In this document: positions 60,124 to 64,000 of the stretch, piece after piece
How positions within the stretch are numbered: position 1 is the first letter of the stretch
Layout of the letters: each line of letters begins with the position of its first letter
DNA from: Candidatus Harrisonbacteria bacterium CG10_big_fil_rev_8_21_14_0_10_40_38
Lineage (GTDB): Bacteria; Patescibacteriota; Minisyncoccia; UBA6257; 1-14-0-10-40-38
Assembly: GCA_002773535.1 (NCBI GenBank)
Contig: PFAZ01000001.1
Location: 241,579 to 305,578 of the forward strand
Length of the DNA stretch: 64,000 bases
Direction of reading: 5' to 3'
Translations under genes and position numbers: made by a program
Notes under the pieces: model-generated
Seen by the model: only the letters and a program-made list of their open reading frames with translations
Told to the model about the DNA's origin: nothing
The model's database searches: none

Positions 60124-60546
60124 TTAACTGGAAGAAGAACCTTCCGCCTGCGACTTCTGCTCTGGGACCAGCTTGGCTTCACCGATAGGAAGTACTACTA
60201 CCTGGACGTATCGCTCGAGTTGAGCACGATCTTTGAACCACAGCTTGATTTCTCGCCAACCGACCCCCACGTCGCTCTTTCGTTGACTGTAACGAATGTC
60301 TGCGATCGGACATTCCTCGAGCTCTGAGCTATTCTCTGTTGCGATGTGAAAGCTCACGTCTTTGCTCGGAACTCTGACTGTCGAGAACCCGTCGAAGTAG
60401 AGTAGGATATCCGAAGACTCCGGCCCAATGAGATTGAGGGCCTTCACCAAACCGGCCCTATGCGAAACGATATCCCAGAACTCATTGGTCGGGTGCGCTT
60501 TGATCTGCTTTTCACCCCATTTCGACTTCAATTGGACTTCATGCAT
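60124..60546 (-). CDS. Orphan hypothetical protein
   Basis: aaggag SD, TTGACT promoter, terminator. Confidence 0.65.
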   Translation of the reverse strand: MHEVQLKSKWGEKQIKAHPTNEFWDIVSHRAGLVKALNLIGPESSDILLYFDGFSTVRVPSKDVSFHIATENSSELEECPIADIRYSQRKSDVGVGWREIKLWFKDRAQLERYVQVVVLPIGEAKLVPEQKSQAEGSSSS

Positions 60547-60665
60547 TGCTTTTCTCCTTTCAAGGTACAGTTTGATTCAGACACCACGCCCGAATCTTAT
60601 TCAAGAGGATAGCATATTACACAATAATAGTCAAGAGGCGACAAGTTGCCGCTTCTTGGAAAAAA

Positions 60666-60896
60666 TTGATGAAAAAATTTCTTTTGCCCTTCATTTATAA
60701 ATCCTTTTCCTTTTCGCCAAAAAAGCCCTTTCAAATCCTATGCGAGTGGCGCGTCTCGCGCCGCGAGCTTGATCCTCCTTTCTTGCAAAATTCCAATTGG
60801 CGGAGGTTAGTGGACGACGTTAGAACCTATTGGCAAACCAGTACAGACCGTTTCTTCATACCCAATCTTTCACAGGAACAGGCAGTATTGGTATAA
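60666..60896 (+). pseudogene. Possible recombinase C-terminal remnant spanning the island border
   Basis: FSPKKPFQIL...WRRLVDDVRT; DNA 60798-60827 resembles a reverse-complemented tRNA 3' end; composition changes here. Confidence 0.4.
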
Positions 60897-61164
60897 CCGT
60901 TCTCTCCCTTTCATTATAGCCCGTTCTTACATGTCATACAGAACAAGACGGTTGTCCATGTCTTTGTAATGGTAGACCGCTATGTACGAGTGTGAAGCAC
61001 CTCGCATAGACATATCCATACCTAGTAAGTTATATACGTACATACAAGAAGGGGTATATCTTGTCTGTCTTGGGCTGATTCTCCCAAAACCAAAAAGGGG
61101 TAGTGGGTGTTTCTCAAACGGGCTTGCGATTCTCGCGGGGGAAACCGTCTCTTAGAGCAACAAT

Positions 61165-61464
61165 CTAGCCGAAAACTTTTAGGTCTTTTAGTAAATTGAC
61201 TACTGCAACTAAAACACCTATGCCCCCTATAATCGCAGCGACCCAAGTTGCATTGCGAATAGACCTCGTTAGCTTTTCAGAAGATTGAGATGATTTGTTT
61301 AGTTCATCAGTAAGGTGTTCTATCGCTTGGTTTGGGTTTCCAGCAACATGCTTCGTGTGATGAAACCAAACCATCTTCCATAAAAAAGTATCCTTCTTGT
61401 CTTGCTCAGACATGGATGGCCATTTCTCTCGAAGCTCTTTTATTTCTTGGTCGTCTCCAAACAT
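61165..61464 (-). CDS. Small protein with C-terminal TM helix
   Basis: Start set at ATG 61464, immediately after the nuclease stop. Confidence 0.6.
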   Translation of the reverse strand: MFGDDQEIKELREKWPSMSEQDKKDTFLWKMVWFHHTKHVAGNPNQAIEHLTDELNKSSQSSEKLTRSIRNATWVAAIIGGIGVLVAVVNLLKDLKVFG

Positions 61465-61465
61465 T

Positions 61466-62734
61466 TTATTTGTTGAGATGGAATGTACCATCTTCTGCAC
61501 TAAACGAACCTGTTGCTTCTGCCATCCATCGTAACCAAGACATCATAGAACCAGCACGCCTACCTATTGTAGTTCCAGTCAGATTTGAACTTCTTGCTAT
61601 AACTTTCTCAACGTCTGATTGTGCTAGCACGCCTTTCTCTTTGAGAATGTCGAGAGAGTTTTTTACTAAATTGAAATCGGCAAGAAGCCCAGCGAAGAAC
61701 AGGTTGCGTTTCTCTGCGGGAAGCTGCACCAACTCTTTACCTACATCGGTAAGATGATACTTTCCGTCCTTCGGGAGAACCAATCCTAATGCTTCTGCTG
61801 CCTCTCTATAATAGCTGCTTTGGCGCTCGTCAAACTCGAAGTATGCGGCCACATCACGATAGTTGTCTGTTCCCTCGCTCACTTTGAAAACCAGTTCTAT
61901 CACCTTGCTCACATCATTGGCCTGCGGTATCAGGTCTTTGTAAGCGACAATACCCTTCGGTTTAATGTCTTCAATTACAATTTCATGCTCACTCGCAATT
62001 CTTACTGATTTCATCTCTCGCAAACTGATAGAGTTGTAGTTTGCGGCGTCGGGAATCTCGTAAATCCAGAAGTTATAGGTCTTTGTCGCTGGCTCGTATG
62101 TGAAGAACACAGGAACGATTGTTTTGTCGGGAGAAATAACTTTGAAATGGTTGTAAGGATAGAACAGTTGCCGAATGATGAAATCTTCTGGTGTATCCAT
62201 TTTCGCTTCAATCAATACGATTGAATCCTCACCCTCCAAGCCAGAATCAACTTCAAGCTGTACAGAGGATACTTCGAGCAGCGTCTTGTTCACCGAAAAT
62301 CTAAAATCTCTGCTGTACTCTCTCCCTCGTATGGATTGATAGAGTGGCTGCTTGCCCAAAACATTTTCAAGTGCACCAGAATTGAAACTGTAATCAAGGT
62401 ACTGCATCTCACTTGAACCTCTGCCCGCAGTTGTAAGTGGAAACTTGATACGCGAGACATGGTTCGCGGTAGCACCTGTCCCTTCCTCCAAGCGGTGAAA
62501 ACCATCGCCGCGGACGATTGCATACTTGCCATTCTTTACGGGTAGTAAGAAGTACCCGTGCTTTTTGAATATGGGCGGCAAGTCAGCAGAGCTATCCATC
62601 TTCGCCATGATTCGCGGTTCAGCGTGAGTTATTGCCTTGATTTCGTCCGCAGTGATGAAATGCAAATCTTCACCAACATCAAACTTCTTTGCGTCGAAAA
62701 TCTGCTCCCAAAGATTGAATGTTTTATTACTCAT
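61466..62734 (-). CDS. Putative type II restriction endonuclease (PD-(D/E)xK)
   Basis: QLEVDSGLEGEDSIVLIEAK; DFIIRQLFYPY; C-terminal PQAND...RQSSYY wHTH-like region; ATGA overlap with the methylase. Confidence 0.78.
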   Translation of the reverse strand: MSNKTFNLWEQIFDAKKFDVGEDLHFITADEIKAITHAEPRIMAKMDSSADLPPIFKKHGYFLLPVKNGKYAIVRGDGFHRLEEGTGATANHVSRIKFPLTTAGRGSSEMQYLDYSFNSGALENVLGKQPLYQSIRGREYSRDFRFSVNKTLLEVSSVQLEVDSGLEGEDSIVLIEAKMDTPEDFIIRQLFYPYNHFKVISPDKTIVPVFFTYEPATKTYNFWIYEIPDAANYNSISLREMKSVRIASEHEIVIEDIKPKGIVAYKDLIPQANDVSKVIELVFKVSEGTDNYRDVAAYFEFDERQSSYYREAAEALGLVLPKDGKYHLTDVGKELVQLPAEKRNLFFAGLLADFNLVKNSLDILKEKGVLAQSDVEKVIARSSNLTGTTIGRRAGSMMSWLRWMAEATGSFSAEDGTFHLNK

Positions 62735-63651
62735 ATCTTATAGTTGGTGATTACATATTCTTTTACCTTTCCGCGTCCTTCGGCCTTACAGTTGACGGCA
62801 CGGTTTGCAAGCACGGTGTGCTTGTTGAAACCACGATAGAGCTTACCGATGAAGTCGGTGTAGGAATTGCTCATCATAACGAAACATCCGCGCCTATCCA
62901 GCTCGGCAAAGATGTCTCGGAGCTTCACCTGTTCTTCTTCAAGGAAATCCTTTTCGTGATAGTTTGTGAACTTGGCTGTTCCATTCAGGGGATAGTAGGG
63001 CGGATCAAAGTATACAAAATCACCCCGCCTTGACTCTGCAACTGCCTTCTCGAAAGAAAGAGCGTTTAATGACACACCTTTGAGCGTGTTCGATACAGCA
63101 AGAAGATTTGACTCATCGAGAATTGCTGGATTCTTATACTTGCCAAAAGGAACATTGAAGCCGCCGCTTGAACTCTCGCGGTAGAGGCCATTGTAGCCCG
63201 TCTTATTAAGAAAGATGAGATATGCTGTCTTGTTCAAATCTCCCTCACTCAAATCGTTATACTTACTCCGTATTTCATAGTAGAGAGCACTTCGCCCTTC
63301 CTCTGATTGTCTATCATACTTGTCCTGCAATCGTCGCAATAGATTTACGAGGTCATCTGGTTTCTTCTGAACATGTTTGTAAGCAGTGATGAGAGTTGTG
63401 TTGATGTCGTTTAGGAACGCTTCCTTTGGCTTCACATCAAAGAAGACCGCCCCTCCTCCCAAGAATGGTTCGAAATACCTCTTGAAAGTACGCGGATAGA
63501 AGTCGCGAAGTTGTGGTAAAAGCTGCGACTTACCTCCTACCCATTTTAGAAACGGTTTTACCCCGTTCGGACGAGTAATTGTTTTTTTTGGAGTAGTCAT
63601 AGTTATTGAATATGTCCGCGCAGTTTGTATTGGTGCAAGTGTCTTTGTCAT
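62731..63651 (-). CDS. Dam-family N6-adenine DNA methyltransferase
   Basis: PFLKWVGGK, EPFLGGGAV, YNGLYR..S.GGFNVPFG, DPPY. Confidence 0.95.
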   Translation of the reverse strand: MTKTLAPIQTARTYSITMTTPKKTITRPNGVKPFLKWVGGKSQLLPQLRDFYPRTFKRYFEPFLGGGAVFFDVKPKEAFLNDINTTLITAYKHVQKKPDDLVNLLRRLQDKYDRQSEEGRSALYYEIRSKYNDLSEGDLNKTAYLIFLNKTGYNGLYRESSSGGFNVPFGKYKNPAILDESNLLAVSNTLKGVSLNALSFEKAVAESRRGDFVYFDPPYYPLNGTAKFTNYHEKDFLEEEQVKLRDIFAELDRRGCFVMMSNSYTDFIGKLYRGFNKHTVLANRAVNCKAEGRGKVKEYVITNYKI

Positions 63652-63667
63652 GGTTGTAGCAAGCTAG

Positions 63668-63859
63668 TTATTTCCTTGCACTAGATTTCTTGCGCCCTCT
63701 TTTCAAAAAGTTATCAATATCCTCTTGGGTGAAGCGCCACTTACCGACCTTCGAACCTTTGAGTACACCTTTCTCCAAATAGCGAAACAATGTGCGTTCG
63801 TCCACATGCAGGATTCCTTCGAGGTCTTTCAGTGTGTAGATTTTATTTCTTTTGTTCAT
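63668..63859 (-). CDS. Excisionase-like helix-turn-helix protein
   Basis: YTLKDLEGILHVDERTLFRYL..G.LKGSKVGKWRF. Confidence 0.85.
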   Translation of the reverse strand: MNKRNKIYTLKDLEGILHVDERTLFRYLEKGVLKGSKVGKWRFTQEDIDNFLKRGRKKSSARK

Positions 63860-64000
63860 AGCTCTGTATTCGCTCGTAACTTTATTTTATGCTATTAAAG
63901 TGAGGACGACAAGATTTGTCAGGGTACAGTTTTCCTTACAATGACCATGAAAATGAAAAGAAACAAGAGGAATAAGTTTGATACACCCGAAAATCGGCGG

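Larger units (their letters stand above)
60800..64000. mobile_element. Left part of an acquired island with an R-M module
   Basis: Loss of host strand skew, a single GATC in ~3.2 kb, R-M genes, excisionase-like HTH; continues beyond the window. Confidence 0.65.

Noticed and set aside
57600-60640. Integron cassette array
   Set aside because: No RYYYAAC...GTTRRRY attC pattern and no IntI; spacers are promoters and terminators

Overview
Core-genome stretch of a small-genome bacterium, very likely Patescibacteria/CPR (Parcubacteria-like). This rests on a type IV pilus/competence locus without PilQ, rplK not followed by rplA, many apparently leaderless genes, standard code 11 and strong strand skew. 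It holds translation and replication genes (trmD, khpA, rpsP, smc, rnc, nusB, rpmF, dnaE, thrS, gatCAB, gyrB, secE-nusG-rplK, PheRS, ligA, tyrS), a dTTP cluster (tmk with one in-frame TGA, thyX, dcd), three tRNAs, murD, two C39 peptidases, a sugar-enzyme cluster, two ECF sigma/anti-sigma pairs, a run of orphan genes and, at the right edge, a GATC-depleted island with a Dam-type methylase and putative restriction nuclease. Most notable signals: (1) a dispersed family of ~105-145 bp structured intergenic elements with a conserved, covarying, probably pseudoknotted core enclosed by locus-specific inverted repeats, twice with an X-inverted X-core-X target triplication; (2) 7-nt periodic repeats found between genes and as in-frame insertions in essential genes; (3) an organelle-type single-chain PheRS; (4) a hinge-less SMC; (5) a divergent initiator tRNA. 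All calls come from manual reading and motif recognition; no database searches were run.
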